A stretch of 64,000 nt of DNA, taken from Octopus vulgaris (taxonomy: Eukaryota). The stretch is taken from positions 101,680,001 to 101,744,000 of the forward strand of contig OX597821.1 of assembly GCA_951406725.2 (NCBI GenBank). Reading direction: 5' to 3'. Shown one piece after another: positions 38,625-52,250 of the stretch. Numbering within the stretch: the stretch's first letter is position 1; each line of letters starts with the position of its first letter. Made by a program: the position numbers and the translations under genes. The notes beneath the pieces were generated by a model. It did no database searches. It saw only the letters and a list, made by a program, of their open reading frames with translations, and was not told the origin of the DNA.

Positions 38625-39120
38625 GCATCACTGTGGGTTTGGGAGGCTGAGCAGAAACATGCAGGACAGTGCTGATCAAGTCTGCACACCATCCAAGATC
38701 ATGCTGCACTGGATGGCATCCCATTTGTTTTGAGGGAACCAGATGTTTGCAAACAGAAGGGAGGAACATCCACAGGGAGGGGGCCAAGCCGGGTCCATGT
38801 CATGTAGGCCATCTTGCACTCCCTGATCATAGTAAGTTCAGTTGCTATGTGGAGAACCTGGCTGATGAGGATACAGCAAGATGTTGCTGATGAGAGAAAT
38901 GCTGGCAGGGCCAGTGGGACCAGAGGACAAGGCCACCATATCTGACAGGTAAGGTGGCCTGTTGTCATCCAGTGTTATCAAACCAGATGTTGCATATTTC
39001 TCCAATGGCCTGTTGGAGACAAGCATCAAGAACAGCAAAGAAAGATGCGTGGCTGCAGTAAGGGACACTGTGCAAGGTACATGAAAGCTTCAACATGGCA
39101 AAGCAGTTTCTTAATAGGGA
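38625..39120 (-). mobile_element. Highly degenerate RTE/RTE-X LINE C-terminal remnant
   Basis: GC-richer block; minus reading QVLH...TMIREC.MA....LPVD.P..CL resembles VL..I..IR.RQL..GH.RLP.D.P. Confidence 0.4.
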
Positions 39121-39659
39121 GAATGTGGGATGGGTGTCGATCAGTCTTTTTTAGATAAACACTTGAACTCAGTATTTTATTTTCAGAATGAATTTTAGAA
39201 AATTTAAAATCCAACAATCATGCCTTAACAACCAGTACAAAAAAAAAATAAATAAAAATAAAAACCACTTTATCATAAGATGTTGTGTGAAGTCTAGATG
39301 AATAAACTTAATAGATTAAATTCCCAAAGTTAATGTAAATAATTTGAATTGGATATAATCTGAATGTTTGAGATATGAAACAAGATTGAATGTTAATTAA
39401 ATTAAGTTTGGCTATAAATTGACCATGAAGGGCTTCGTTTAGCAACTCCTCAAAGGGTTTACAAAATGCTTGACAAAAAGCAAACAAAAAAAAGTGTTTT
39501 CATTGACATACAAAAATTTTTAATTATTTCCTTTTTTTTCTAAACTAAAAGCATTTTCTAACACAAAAAGGTATAGTATTTTGTTTTTAACGCAATTTAA
39601 ATTTAAAAGAATAGCAAAAAAAAGAGAGATTTTTAAAATTCATTTCTTTAAATTTTCTT

Positions 39660-40000
39660 TTATCTTTTATGTTTCAGGTTTTAGACTACAGCCATGCTGG
39701 GGCAAGCCTTGAAATAGTTTAATTGAATAAATATTCTTCAGCACTTTCTTTTTTATCCAAAATCTAATAATTATTCTACCTGTCTTTTTACCAAATCACA
39801 AAGTTAAAAAGATATACAAAACCACCACCAGTTATCAAATGGTGGTGGAGAGCAAGTGCAATGATACATACATATGACAGGCTTCTTACAGTTTCTGTCT
39901 ACCTAATCCACTCACAAGGCTTTGGTTAACCCAGCTGCATAGTAGACGTTACCATGCAGTAGGACTCAACCAAAAATCATGTCATTGAGAAGTACACATG
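39660..40000 (-). mobile_element. Degenerate family-B SINE
   Basis: gccatgctggggc...cagtttctgtctacctaatccactcacaaggctttgg...catgcagtaggactcaacc. Confidence 0.75.
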
Positions 40001-40199
40001 GAAAAATATAGCTTGCCATTTCTTGAGTTATAAAAAATGAATTTAAATTCTGATAAAATGATTTTTAAAAAAATGTAAATAACTCTAAAGTCTTGTAAAA
40101 CATTTTGTACTCAATCTCAATCAAACAAATTAAATCTCCTTCCTATAAAAAAAACAGTCAAGGCAAAATATTCCTTGAAATTATTTACATAGGTTTAAA

Positions 40200-40521
40200 C
40201 ATGGCAGTGTGTAAAGAGGTTTTTCTAACCACCACATGGTTTCAGGTTCAGTCCCACCCCATGGAACTTTAGGTTAGTGTCTTCTATTATAGATTCAGGC
40301 AAACCAGAGCCTTGTGAGGGGATTTGGTGGATGGAAACTGGAAGAAGCCAGTTGTGTGCGAGTGTGTATATACATGTGCATGTATATATATATATATATA
40401 CACATATATGTGTATATATGCATAAGTATATATATATATACACACATATATGTGTATATATGCATATGTATGTATATATATACATACTTATTTATATATA
40501 TATATACATGTGTATATATGC

Positions 40522-40558
<37 letters not shown>

Positions 40559-40600
40559 TATATATACACACATACACACACACACATATATATACACATT

Positions 40601-40654
<54 letters not shown>

Positions 40655-40686
40655 CACATTTAATGTATATATATATATATGCATAT

Positions 40687-40751
<65 letters not shown>

Positions 40752-40904
40752 TATATATATACATATTTTATATATATCTATCTATATATACACATTTATA
40801 TGTGTGTATATATATATATACATACACATTTATATATATACATACATACATATATATATATAGATATATATATATATATACACATATATTTATATATGTA
40901 TGTG

Positions 40905-40947
<43 letters not shown>

Positions 40948-41085
40948 ACACACATATATATACACACACACACAGGCAGCGGCATCGAACTCCCTTGTTG
41001 ACCAAGTACCACATATTAGTGTAGCTCATTTAGCGGTGGTGCCCCAGCATGGCTGCGGCCTTCGGGCTAAAACATTTTTAAGGAT
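40200..41085 (+). mobile_element. Family-B SINE head + ~600-bp expanded microsatellite + SINE tail
   Basis: Head 40200-40360, TA/CA array 40365-40974, tail ggtggtgccccagcatggctgcggcc at ~41035-41065. Confidence 0.55.
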
Positions 41086-42054
41086 TTTATATGTATATAT
41101 CTACATATATATATATATATATATGTATACATATATATAAACATACACACACATATATATACATATAAATATATATACACACACATATATACATATGTAC
41201 ACACATACACAAATATATATATACATATATGAATATATATATGTGCATATATATGTGTATATACGTATATATATATGTGTACATATATATGTATATATAT
41301 ATATGCATACATATATATGTATGTATGTATATATATGTGTATATATGTATATATATATGTGTATATATGTATATATGTGTGTATATATATATGTATATAT
41401 GTGTGTGTATATATACATACATGCACATATATGTATGTATATATATGTGTGTGTGTGCATAAGGAGTTAAAAATGAATACTGTGGTTTATTTATTGAAGT
41501 AAAACTCTCTAAGGCAACCATTCATTCATGGCCATAGTCCAATGACTTGAACAAGTGGAAGATAAAAGAAATGATAAAGGATTGAAAATTATCAAACATG
41601 CTTCTGCTAAAATATTTACAAATTATAACCATTCAAGGTTTGAAATTTTCTTAGATGTAGTTGGGGATATAATGAGGCATAATGAAAAGGGACAATGAAG
41701 AAATAATTTCATTTTGGAAATAATTATATAACAATTTCAACTTTTATTTATTCATTCTTCTTCACCAAACATTGCAGTATCAGTCAAAGAATGATGTTGA
41801 AAAGGCTTCACAAAAGAATAATAAAAAAAACCACACAAATAGTAACTGCTACAATTCTGGACATTTCAATGTTGGAAACTAATGTGATAAAATTGAAAAT
41901 TAAAGTACTAGTCCATGATTTTGAGATGATAAGATAAGTTTATATTTGCTCTAAGAACCACTTGGATTTTTAGATATTAAAGGGTTAAAGTGGTTGAATA
42001 TGATTCATATATTATACTTTGAGAAAAGTCACTACATACATGCAGCCATTTAGA

Positions 42055-42106
<52 letters not shown>

Positions 42107-42168
42107 CTACAAATATATATATATACACACACACACATCTATATATATATATATATATACACACACAC

Positions 42169-42209
<41 letters not shown>

Positions 42210-42544
42210 CACACACACACACACACATCTATATATATATATATACACACATCTACACACACACATCTACATATATATATATATACACACACACATCTAC
42301 ATATACATATGTATATCTATATATACATATATATCTATATATACATATATGCTCATATATACATACACACATACATATATATATCTATACATTTATTGAT
42401 ATGTCTATACACACACATATACACAAACATACACATATATACATATATATATACACACACACATATATATGTATATATATACACACACATATATATGTAT
42501 ATATATACACACACATATATATGTATATATACACACACACACAC

Positions 42545-42577
<33 letters not shown>

Positions 42578-42582
42578 TATAT

Positions 42583-42627
<45 letters not shown>

Positions 42628-42700
42628 TATATATATATACACACATCCATATAAACATACTATATATACACATACATGCATATATACACACACATTGTGT
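40365..42700. repeat. Compound (TA)n/(CA)n/(TG)n microsatellite blocks (40365-40974, 41088-41458, 42057-42700)
   Basis: Directly visible; explains the many YI/HT/CV pseudo-ORFs. Confidence 0.95.
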
Positions 42701-42845
42701 ATGTATCTATTGATGTATGTAATTGTTCTAGATTAAAGGAAAACAATGTTTGAAATCAATCAATTGTACAGACTAACAACTATGCACATATATTCAGCTG
42801 TACATGTCGAACAGAGGATAAGAAGCATCAGAGAAAATTTCTTAC

Positions 42846-42978
42846 CATTATTTAAGGTAAAGATTCATCCACTATGAAAGCTGGCACATCTAATGAAATA
42901 AAACGTCACCAAGAGAAGCCAATGCTAGCATCAAACCAACCAGCTGCTGCACCAACCAATCAATCAATCATTCATTCA
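42846..42978 (-). other. Candidate 5'UTR exon ending in ATG
   Basis: Acceptor cttcctttctcttgatcctcctcttctctacatAG|, 133 nt with stops in all frames, ends TAA ATA ATG|GTAAGA. Confidence 0.35.
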
Positions 42979-43428
42979 CTATGTAGAGAAGAGGAGGATC
43001 AAGAGAAAGGAAGTAATGTTTCTTATAGTAGTACTAGAAAAAGAAGCAACCAAGTTGAACACGAAAAGAAAGAAAGAAGGAAGAGAAATTAGAGAAAGAA
43101 ATACAGAAAAGGCGAGACTCCTTAATGTAAAGGTATATCAACCACTTGCCTCTTAAGAGAAAAAAACAGGAGACATGAAATCAAAATAAAAATAAGAGTG
43201 ATAAATGAAAAAAAAAAAAAAGGTGGAGGTGGGGAGTATGTATTCAAAAGTTTTTAAATAGCATTTGAAAAGATAAAATTAAATTAATTTATAGAAGCAG
43301 ATCCAATTGTTTATTTAAATATATTTCAAATATCTGGGTTGCTTCTCTTGTTTCATATAATTATGTAGGTAAAATGCTTCAGCGGCTACATCTGCTGTGT
43401 AGGCGTGTATAATGTAGAAAAGGGGGGA

Positions 43429-43487
<59 letters not shown>

Positions 43488-44596
43488 AATCATTATATAG
43501 CATACATATGGGTGTGGTATATCAATGAATTTCAAAAATGTATGAATATTTGCAAACGTTTTTTTATTTTCCTTTTTGGTTTTTTACATCAGATAAAATG
43601 CACTTTTCTGGAAGTATCCAATATAATGAACGAGGGAAGAAACAGACAAACGGTAATGAACTATAATTAAATTTGGGTAATTACCTTGTATATACAAATC
43701 AATTTATGAATTATATATTTTAAATGATATATGTTTATATTATTACAGATCAGGGTATTTATAATGTAATACTGTGTTCTGCATAGTATGAAAGAGAGAG
43801 AAAGAGAGAGTGAGAAAGAGAGAGAGAGTGAGAGAGGGGTAAGAGAAAGAATGTATTATCTGTGTGAAAGCAAACACCTTTACAATGATGTGTTTCTGTT
43901 GTTTGTATTTCGTGTCTGATCTTACTGAACATGTGATTAAAGTGCACATAGAAGGAAAACTGTTCTGCTTTATGATCACTCTCTCTCTCTCTCACACACA
44001 CACACACAACATGCATTCCTTTCAAACAGCTACAAATTAAAATTTCTGGAAAGAACGGCTCCGAAAGGCTCACTTGCCTTTGACATACTAAATGAAGACG
44101 AAGTTTTTTTTTTTTTTATGCCAAAATAAAAACTACTAGATAATTTCATTTTAAAGGTATTATTAAAATGACAACAGAGAAGTAGAATGTGCCAAAGCTA
44201 GTTTTAAAATTTTACAATAGGAAAAAAAAATTAGTAAAACAATCTAAACTAGTTTGAGAAATCTTTAAGATAATAACGATCACCTTCATCTTCCATTTTA
44301 ACACTATTCTTGCTCCCCCATGCTTGCATAATTTAATGCTGCTTAGCAACCGCTGTTTCCATATCAACTGTTGTACAGGTTTGTGCCAACCCTCCAGGAT
44401 TGATAAAATAAGTACCAATTTTCTACAAGAGTAAATTCAATTTTCTATAGTCCTCTCCTACTAAAATTGACCTTGTATCTTTGTAAGATTATGTGTATAT
44501 GTTGGAACACATACATAGAGGTGAAATATATTATATTATATATATTATATTATATATATTATATTATATATACTATCTGAATAGTATACGTTTATA

Positions 44597-44756
44597 GATG
44601 CAAGTGTGGTGGTGTTGAAAGAAGCTTGCTTCTCAACCACATGGTTCTGGGTTCAGTCCCACTCCATGGCAGCTTGGGCAAGTGTCATCTACTATATCCT
44701 CAGGCAGACCAAAGCCTTATGAGTGAATTTGGTAGATGGAAACTGAAAAAACTTGT

Positions 44757-44765
<9 letters not shown>
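44597..44765 (+). mobile_element. Family-B SINE head running into microsatellite
   Basis: caaccacatggttctgggttcagtcccact...cttgggcaagtgtcatctactata...ggtagatggaaactgaaa. Confidence 0.8.
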
Positions 44766-44802
<37 letters not shown>

Positions 44803-44815
44803 CATATAACACACA

Positions 44816-44885
<70 letters not shown>

Positions 44886-44899
44886 TTTATACATATATA

Positions 44900-45179
44900 T
44901 CATCATCATCATTTAATGTTTGCTTTCCATGCTAGCATGGGCAGGACGAGTTGACTGAGGTCTGGCGAACCCAACTCCAATCTGATCTGGCGGAGTTTCT
45001 ACAGCTGGATGCCCTTCCTAATGCCAACCACTCCGAGAGTGTAGTGGGTGCTTTTACATGCCAGTTTGGTGGAACTGGCAACGGCCACGCCCAAATGGTG
45101 CTTTATATGTTCCACCTGCACAGGAGCCAGTCCAGTGGCACTGGCGACGACCTCACTCGAATATTTCACATGCCACCAG

Positions 45180-45180
<1 letters not shown>
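44900..45180 (-). mobile_element. RTE-tail non-autonomous element
   Basis: catcatcatcatttaatgtttgctttccatgctagcatggg...ggatgcccttcctaatgccaaccactccgagagtgtagtgggtgc. Confidence 0.8.
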
Positions 45181-45213
<33 letters not shown>

Positions 45214-45410
45214 CATACATTTATACACATATATATACATACATATATAAACACATACACATATATATATATACATATATACATACTTATATACATACAC
45301 ACATGTATATACACACACACATATATATATACATATAAATACATGCATAAACATGTATATATACATATATATACAAATATATACATACACACATATGTAT
45401 ATATAGATAC

Positions 45411-45447
<37 letters not shown>

Positions 45448-45480
45448 TATGCATATAAACATATACACACACACACACAC

Positions 45481-46935
45481 ATGGTTGGGTCGTCAGTGAC
45501 TAAACTGGCTCACCCCTTGGTTCAGCTTGCTGGGTCTTGGAGAGGGTGTGAGGGCACCCATGAGAACTAAAAACAAAAACTGTCGAATCAAGGACACAGA
45601 AACGCTGTCCTTCTCCCTCACTACACCAAACTAAGACCCCAACAGTGGATCAAGCAGAGGAAGCTAGATCTCCAAACTCAATGATTGATCCTAGCAGAAG
45701 AGGGCAATGCCAGACAGACTGGTTAGAAAGGTACAACCCTAATGATATTGGACCTAGCGGCATTCCATTGCAACCCATCTTCCGGACCTTGCATGTCACT
45801 TGAGGCAGTGCCACAGCAGGAGGATTTTGGGCCATAGTGCATGGGAACCTCCCTTGGCAAGGAGATCTATCTCCACCCTAAAGGAACTCATGCCATTGGC
45901 AGCTTTCTTTTTGATCCAACTAACCTGCCTTTTTATAAAAAAAAAGGCCCAATGATAGGGACGGTGAGAGCATGTCTTGGTGAAACTAGAAGCTGCACAT
46001 TGGCGTAGATGCCAGAGGCTCACCTTCCTGTGACAATCCAGGGACTCGGTCCTACATCTGCGACTGGGCAGGCCCATTTGGGAACACCACTGCTCACTCT
46101 GAAAGGCTCTAGAAAAGATGGGCTAAATATCAGATGCCACCACAGAATCTTGGTTGGTAAGCAGGATACCCATTCAAGCAGTCAAACAACAACAGAAATT
46201 AATTAAAATAAATTATTAAATTAACTATTGGAACATGGAACATGTGAACGCTCCTCAATTCTCAAGACACAGAGAGACCATCTCCAAAGAACTAGCGAGA
46301 TTTAACATTGACACTGCCCTCAGTGACACAAGTTTATCTGGAAAAGGAAAGACTGAAGAGACAGGTTTGGGTTATACTTTCTTCTGGAAAGGGAAAGAAG
46401 AAGGCGAGAGAAAAATTCACAGTCACTTTTGTTGTAAAATCCAAGCTTGTGAAGGAACATCATCTGAAACCTTCTGTTATCAATAAACAGCTTATGGCTC
46501 TCCAAATACAGATCTCTGATACCACCTTTATGACACTGATCTCTGCTTATGCACCTACACTTGATGCCAATGGCAATGTGCAGAACACGTTCCAACAGCT
46601 AAGTGACCTGATCCTCAATATACCAAGTGATAAGCTTCTCCTCCTTGGAGTGGGGAGGGACAACAGACCATGGGAGAACGTTATTAACAAAGAAGGTGTA
46701 GGAAATTGCAATGAAAATGGAATCTTGCTCCTTGGGCTGTGTGCTGAACACTTTCTTCATCACCAACACCCACTTCAAGACCACCTGGAAGCATCCCAGG
46801 TCGAAACACTGGTACCTCCTGGACTACTCCATCATCCAGCAACGAGACAAAAGAAACGTCCTTATCATGCAAAAGGCTAACAGCATGGATGATTGCTCGA
46901 CAGAGCATTTTCTAGTCATACCTGCTTTTGAATAA
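45481..46935 (+). pseudogene. RTE LINE 5' portion: 5'UTR + APE endonuclease (decayed)
   Basis: LTIGTWN, ISKELARFNID.ALS.T, GYTFFWKG, TLISAYAPT, NENG.LLL.LC.EH, TNT.F..TW.HPRSKHW.LLDY. Confidence 0.9.
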
Positions 46936-46939
46936 TGGT

Positions 46940-47009
46940 AAACATACAAACACACACATATACATATGCACATATATATACACACACACACATATATACA
47001 TGAACACAC

Positions 47010-47040
<31 letters not shown>

Positions 47041-47041
47041 C

Positions 47042-47072
<31 letters not shown>

Positions 47073-47073
47073 C

Positions 47074-47104
<31 letters not shown>

Positions 47105-47105
47105 C

Positions 47106-47136
<31 letters not shown>

Positions 47137-47303
47137 CATATATATATACATACATACATATACATACATAAATACACATTCATACATATACATAAATACA
47201 TACACATTCATACATATATATATATACATAACTACATACACATACATACATATATATACATACATACACATGCATATATACATACATATACACACACACA
47301 TAC

Positions 47304-47334
<31 letters not shown>

Positions 47335-47360
47335 AATATGTATATATACATACATACATA
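46940..47360. repeat. (TACA/TA)n compound microsatellite
   Basis: Directly visible. Confidence 0.95.
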
Positions 47361-48359
47361 TGAAAGAAGAAAAAATGACTATCACAGCCCACAGTCATAA
47401 GTACAAAGATTCAAAATTTGAAAAGCACAAAAAGGATAAAAAATGCATATTTGAATGACAGTGACAAAAGTCTCAACAACAATTTCTTTTTTTTTTGCTG
47501 GAATTGCAAGAAAAAAAAAGGATGTACCAAACATGGTTCATCATCAGGCAAAGCATAAAAGGGTCTGATAAGGACTATATCATGAAAGAATGACTCCTTG
47601 CTCAAAGAATTTACTCAAGAAAGAGGCAAAGAGAAAAGTGATATACCTCTGTTTTTCAAAAATAGAATGGGAAGCATTCTGGTTTTGTTGGATATACATA
47701 TCTTTGACAGGATTAGGACATATGAAAGTATGTGTTTTGTCATTAAGATTAAGGATAAAGCAAGGAGATCGGTAGAGGAGGTTTGCCATATACCTGCCTA
47801 CATATTGGTGCAATAATACACATGAAAGAAGAAGTCTGATGGTTGTAGCAAGAGTTAGTAGTACTCTCATTGACAAAGGTGACTGTCAACAACATGTGGT
47901 TTGATAGGATCTACATAGATCTCTTGGTATAGATGACTCCAAAAGCTAGAGGGCAATCACAGAGTTATACTCCACTGTGGGAATGTAAAGAAAGTCAGTA
48001 AGGCTAATGGTGCAAAGCAGAAGGCATAGTTGCTACATTTGGTCACTAAAAAGGATTCTACTGAAGATGAGATTGTGATAGCAGAAAACATGGAGATAAC
48101 AGCAAGATCCTTAGGTGAACGCTTTGCTTGCAGCTCCGAGGAGAGCCATGATACTGAACCTAAAGGAGGACAAATGAATTCTGTGCTCATTAAGGAGGAG
48201 ATGGGGATGGGGAAAATACTAGGTACCCCTTAATGGTAAATGGTTGGAGATCATATCAACTAAGGGATCACTGCCAAGAGTTTGAGAAACTCTTCACAGC
48301 TGAGCTGTGGCTAAAGACGTTCATGGGGCAATTTTGAAGGACACAGTTTGCAAAAAAGT

Positions 48360-48632
48360 GATCAAATGCCACTGAGGTCAATAAAATAAGTACCAGTCAG
48401 ATACTGGGGGTGATGTAAGTGACTAACCCCTTCTCCCAAAACTTTAAGCTTTATGCTTAGAGTAGAAAGAATTATTTAGGAAGGGCATGCCGTTAGGAAG
48501 GGCATCCAGCTGTAGAAATACTGCCAGATCAGACTGGGCCTGGCGCAGCCTTCTGGCTTCCCAGACCCCAGTTGAACCGTCCAACCCATGCTAGCATGGA
48601 AAACGGATGTTAAACGATGATGATGATGATTA
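48360..48632 (+). mobile_element. Family-A SINE tail followed by young RTE 3' tail with (GAT)n
   Basis: gtcaataaaataagtaccagtc...; gttaggaagggcatccagctgtagaaa...ccaacccatgctagcatggaaaacggatgttaaacgatgatgatgat. Confidence 0.8.
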
Positions 48633-49364
48633 TGATAGCGGAAGTGGTCTATGATGAAGAGAGGTAAAAAGCATTAAATAAATAAAAATGCAATATTTAC
48701 TTTTTAATTTCAGTTATTGACTTATTTTGGGAATAGACAAGTAGAACAAAACAGAGCTAATTTTAAATCCTCCATTTCTGGAATGAGACATGACCATTAT
48801 AGCAAAGGGAGAAATGAGAAGAAAAAAAAAGAAAAGAAAAAGTAAGAAGTCTAAAAATGCATTAGATTCAAGTTATTTCAGGAAAGATATTTCCACTGTT
48901 CCTATTATTTAAACAAGAAATGAAGAGGAACCAAGGCATGTAAGTGATCACTCACCCTGCAAGAAATAGCAGCGAAATCTTCCTCAAATAACATTCGACT
49001 GTCTTCTCTTGGATAATGTAGTCTTAGATATACTATGTCTGAAAATAAGACTAAATTGTCATGGCTGGAATGCTTTTGATCATAGGGAAGCTTGAACGAG
49101 AGAGGTCTAGTGCTGAACAACTAGAAATACTCAAGAAATACATATCCTGATTACAGGAGGTGATGCTTCAGCATGGCATTAACCATAATGGCTAAAATGA
49201 ACTAAAGATTAGACAGTGGGTTAACAGAATCAGTCTTCTAATATATCAATTCGCAATTGGAGTGACTATTCTGTAACTGATTCTTTCAAAAACTAGTCCA
49301 TAAACTTCTGCCTTGCCCAAAGTTCAGTCACATCCCTCACTGTTCCTCATTCATTGTGTAGAGT

Positions 49365-49577
49365 GGTTTCAAATTTTGACACAAGTCCAGCAATTTTTGG
49401 GAGGGGCTAAGTCGATTAGATTGACCCCAGTGCTCAACTGGTACTTATTTTATCAACCACAAAAAAATACAAGGCTAAGTTGACCCCAGTGGCATTTGAA
49501 CTCAGAACATAAAGATGGACAAAATGTTGCTCGGCACTTTGCCCATCATGCTAACGATTCTGCCAGCTCACTCCCTT
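49365..49577 (-). mobile_element. Family-A SINE
   Basis: ggtttcaaattttgacacaag...ttgaactcagaac...gctaacgattctgccagctcac. Confidence 0.85.
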
Positions 49578-50555
49578 ATTCATTGCATATAATAATAGTT
49601 GTTAACAAAATTTGCAGACTCTAGGCCATGTGACTTCACTTCCATTTAAAATTACTTGCCTACCAAGTTTTTAGTGTATTGCTTTCCCTAAGTTCTTTAT
49701 GCTAATGTCAGACACACCATGAAATTTCCCCTTTACCCTACAAATTTCTCCATCAAACACTAAGCTCCAATTTTTCTTCCACACCAACTTAGTAATAATA
49801 ATGAAAAAAATTTTGAAGCAACAGTTACTTTGATGTGTTTTGCTAGAGAGTCAAATACCAAGAGAAGTACATTGCTTCCCTACTCCATCCTATGTTTAAA
49901 AAGGTTATATAACAAACATTGAAAGATCCATATCCGTTCACAAAATATTACTGAAGGTCTTTTATTTGAAGTCAAGCTTTGACCAACACTAATAAATGGA
50001 TAGTAGTGTAATAGTAGTAGAATTAGAATTGGAAGAAAATGTCAAGAATTATGTGAGGATCTTGCTTCTACATAAGCACCAGACAAATATAGTTATCTAA
50101 CAGAAAATGATGACATACACATACAAAAAAAAAAGACAAAAACAAAGAGAACCAAGAAATGGAGAAAATACTAAATACTAGACTATGTCACATGATATTT
50201 AGTTGTCAAAATCTAAAGCAAATAAATTTTGTATTACAACAGAATATTTCATTTAAGATTCTTTTTACTTTTAATAAAAAATATAAATAGAAGTTAAATA
50301 ACACATAAACTTCTAATGTCAAAGAAGTGCAATCCTTTCCATTAAAAACACATTAAGACAGAAATATGCAGACACACACACACACACAAATTTTGACAAA
50401 GATTTAGAAATTTATACATTCACACACAAATATAAAGTATACACACATAATATACATATTTTTGTACACACAAATATGTAAAAACATGCACACACACAAT
50501 ATATATATTTTTGTATAAAACGCACACACACACACTATATATATATATATATATA

Positions 50556-50900
50556 CATTGCTTATAAACTCTATATTTGGAAGGACTCATTTTAAACTCT
50601 GTTGGACTTTTGGACTTTACTCATAGGATATTGGAATATTGCATATATAACATTAAGCCTATAAAATGGATTTACAACTTCAATACCCATACATATCTTG
50701 CATCTATTTTCTTTCCTCCACCTCACTCTCTATTTTGTATCACATCTAAACTAAGTATGACTTAACAATCCTCTCACACCGTCTCCGATGAAGGGATATT
50801 ATTAATTAATATCCTAGAAACAGCTGTAAGAGACCTTCTATCTATAAATGCTCTAATATCTATACAGCCTTGGTTTTTTATCTTATTACGCAAAAAATTC
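50556..50900 (+). mobile_element. Penelope-derived non-coding element with a hammerhead-like motif, inserted in (TA)n
   Basis: TA-repeat flanks; 50781-50834 GTCT-CCGATGA-ag-GGATATTA-ttaat-TAATATCC-ta-GAAA-CAGCTG-TA-AGAGAC. Confidence 0.6.
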
Positions 50901-50927
50901 TTATATATATATATATATGTATATATA

Positions 50928-51141
50928 CATTAATCCCTCACCATATCGCAGTTCACCTATCGCAGTTTGTTATTTAAGCTTACCTCAATTCCTCCATGGT
51001 GTTGTTTTGCATTTATAATAAAATATATACAAATTATAAAAATAATAAAAATATACAGTACAGTACTGTTTCTACTCTATGGATTTTCACCTATCGCGGG
51101 AATTTTGAAATGTAACACCCACAATAGTCAAGGTATTACTG
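50928..51141. mobile_element. pogo/Tigger-like MITE
   Basis: Ends cattaatccctcacc / rc cagtaataccttgac, repeated ctatcgc subterminal motifs, in TA context. Confidence 0.65.
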
Positions 51142-51828
51142 TGTATATATATATATATATATATATATGATATATACATACATACTTACTAAAGAGTGTG
51201 TGTATGTATGTAAGTATGTATGTATATATCATATATATATATATATATATATATGATATATACATACATACTTACATACATACACACACTCTTTCTCTCA
51301 GTATATATATGTATATACACACACACACACACACACAAAACATATGCTATACGTATTTATGTACAGACACAAACCGAGTCCTTTTTTTCTGTTAGTGTGA
51401 CGTTCAACCAAACTAGTAGACTTCAATAGTGGGTGTATGGTTGGGCAGTAATGCTTCAAAGCTCATTAATATAAATTTTATCACTACACTAAATACCAGG
51501 CAACTTAGAAATGTCCAGGTTGATAGCATATTTCTGAGTTAGACTACACCCAAATTCACTACTATATTACTTCTACCACAAACCTTATTCACATTTATTT
51601 GTCTGAGTGTTTCAAAGGTGAAGTACTTCATTCATAATATCACTGCACCCACCTGAAAATGTCTATTCATTCACACCTACACACATCTCTTGATATACAA
51701 ACTCACAAACATTATTCATTCACATAGTTTGTTTATTGACTTAAAAATATGATCTGTAAAGAGGATAACCCAAAGATGCAAAATATAAAAAGAAACTGTG
51801 TATATTTCATAGCTTTTGCTTTGTATAT

Positions 51829-52250
51829 AGGCGCAGGAGTGGCTGTGTGGTAAGTAGCTTGCTTACCAACCACATGGTTCCGGGTTCAGTCCCACTGCGT
51901 GGCTCCTTGGGCAAGTGTCTTCTACTATAGCCTTGGGCCGACCAAAGCCGTTTGGGTGGATTTGGTAGACAGAAACTGAAAGAAGCCTGTCGTATATATA
52001 TATGTATATATATATATATGTTTGTGTGTGTGTGGGTATATGTTTGTGTGTCTGTGTTTGTCCCCCTAACATCGCTTGACAACTGATGCTGGTGTGTTCA
52101 CGTCCCCTGTAACTTAGTGGTTCAGCAAAAGGGACCGATAGAATAAGTACTAGGCTTACAAAAGAATAAGTCCTGGGGTTGATTTGCTCGACTAAAGACG
52201 GTGCTCCAGCATGGCCGCAGCAAAAATGACTGAAACAAGTAAAAGAGAGT
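51829..52250 (+). mobile_element. Young full-length family-B tRNA/CORE SINE
   Basis: A-box-like tggctgtgtggt, B-box-like ggttcagtccc, CORE-like ccttgggcaagtgtctt, internal TA/TG microsatellite, tail ggtgctccagcatggccgcag...gaaacaagtaaaaga; many CpG retained. Confidence 0.92.

Noticed and set aside
45481-45570. Possible HDV-like ribozyme at the RTE 5' end
   Set aside because: Known for some RTEs, but I could not assign the nested double pseudoknot by eye; needs an RNAMotif/Infernal search.
40225-47400. Dozens of ORFs rich in YI/HT/CV dipeptides (up to 236 aa)
   Set aside because: Translations of TA/CA/TG microsatellites, which lack stop codons; not genes.
47640-48300. Short ORFs 47957-48190 and 48030-48233
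   Set aside because: Probably a very old LINE remnant; motifs too degraded to call.
51829-51900. tRNA-like A/B boxes (also 58150-58228, 58640-58732)
   Set aside because: These are SINE heads that continue into CORE/tail sequence and are multi-copy; no complete cloverleaf.
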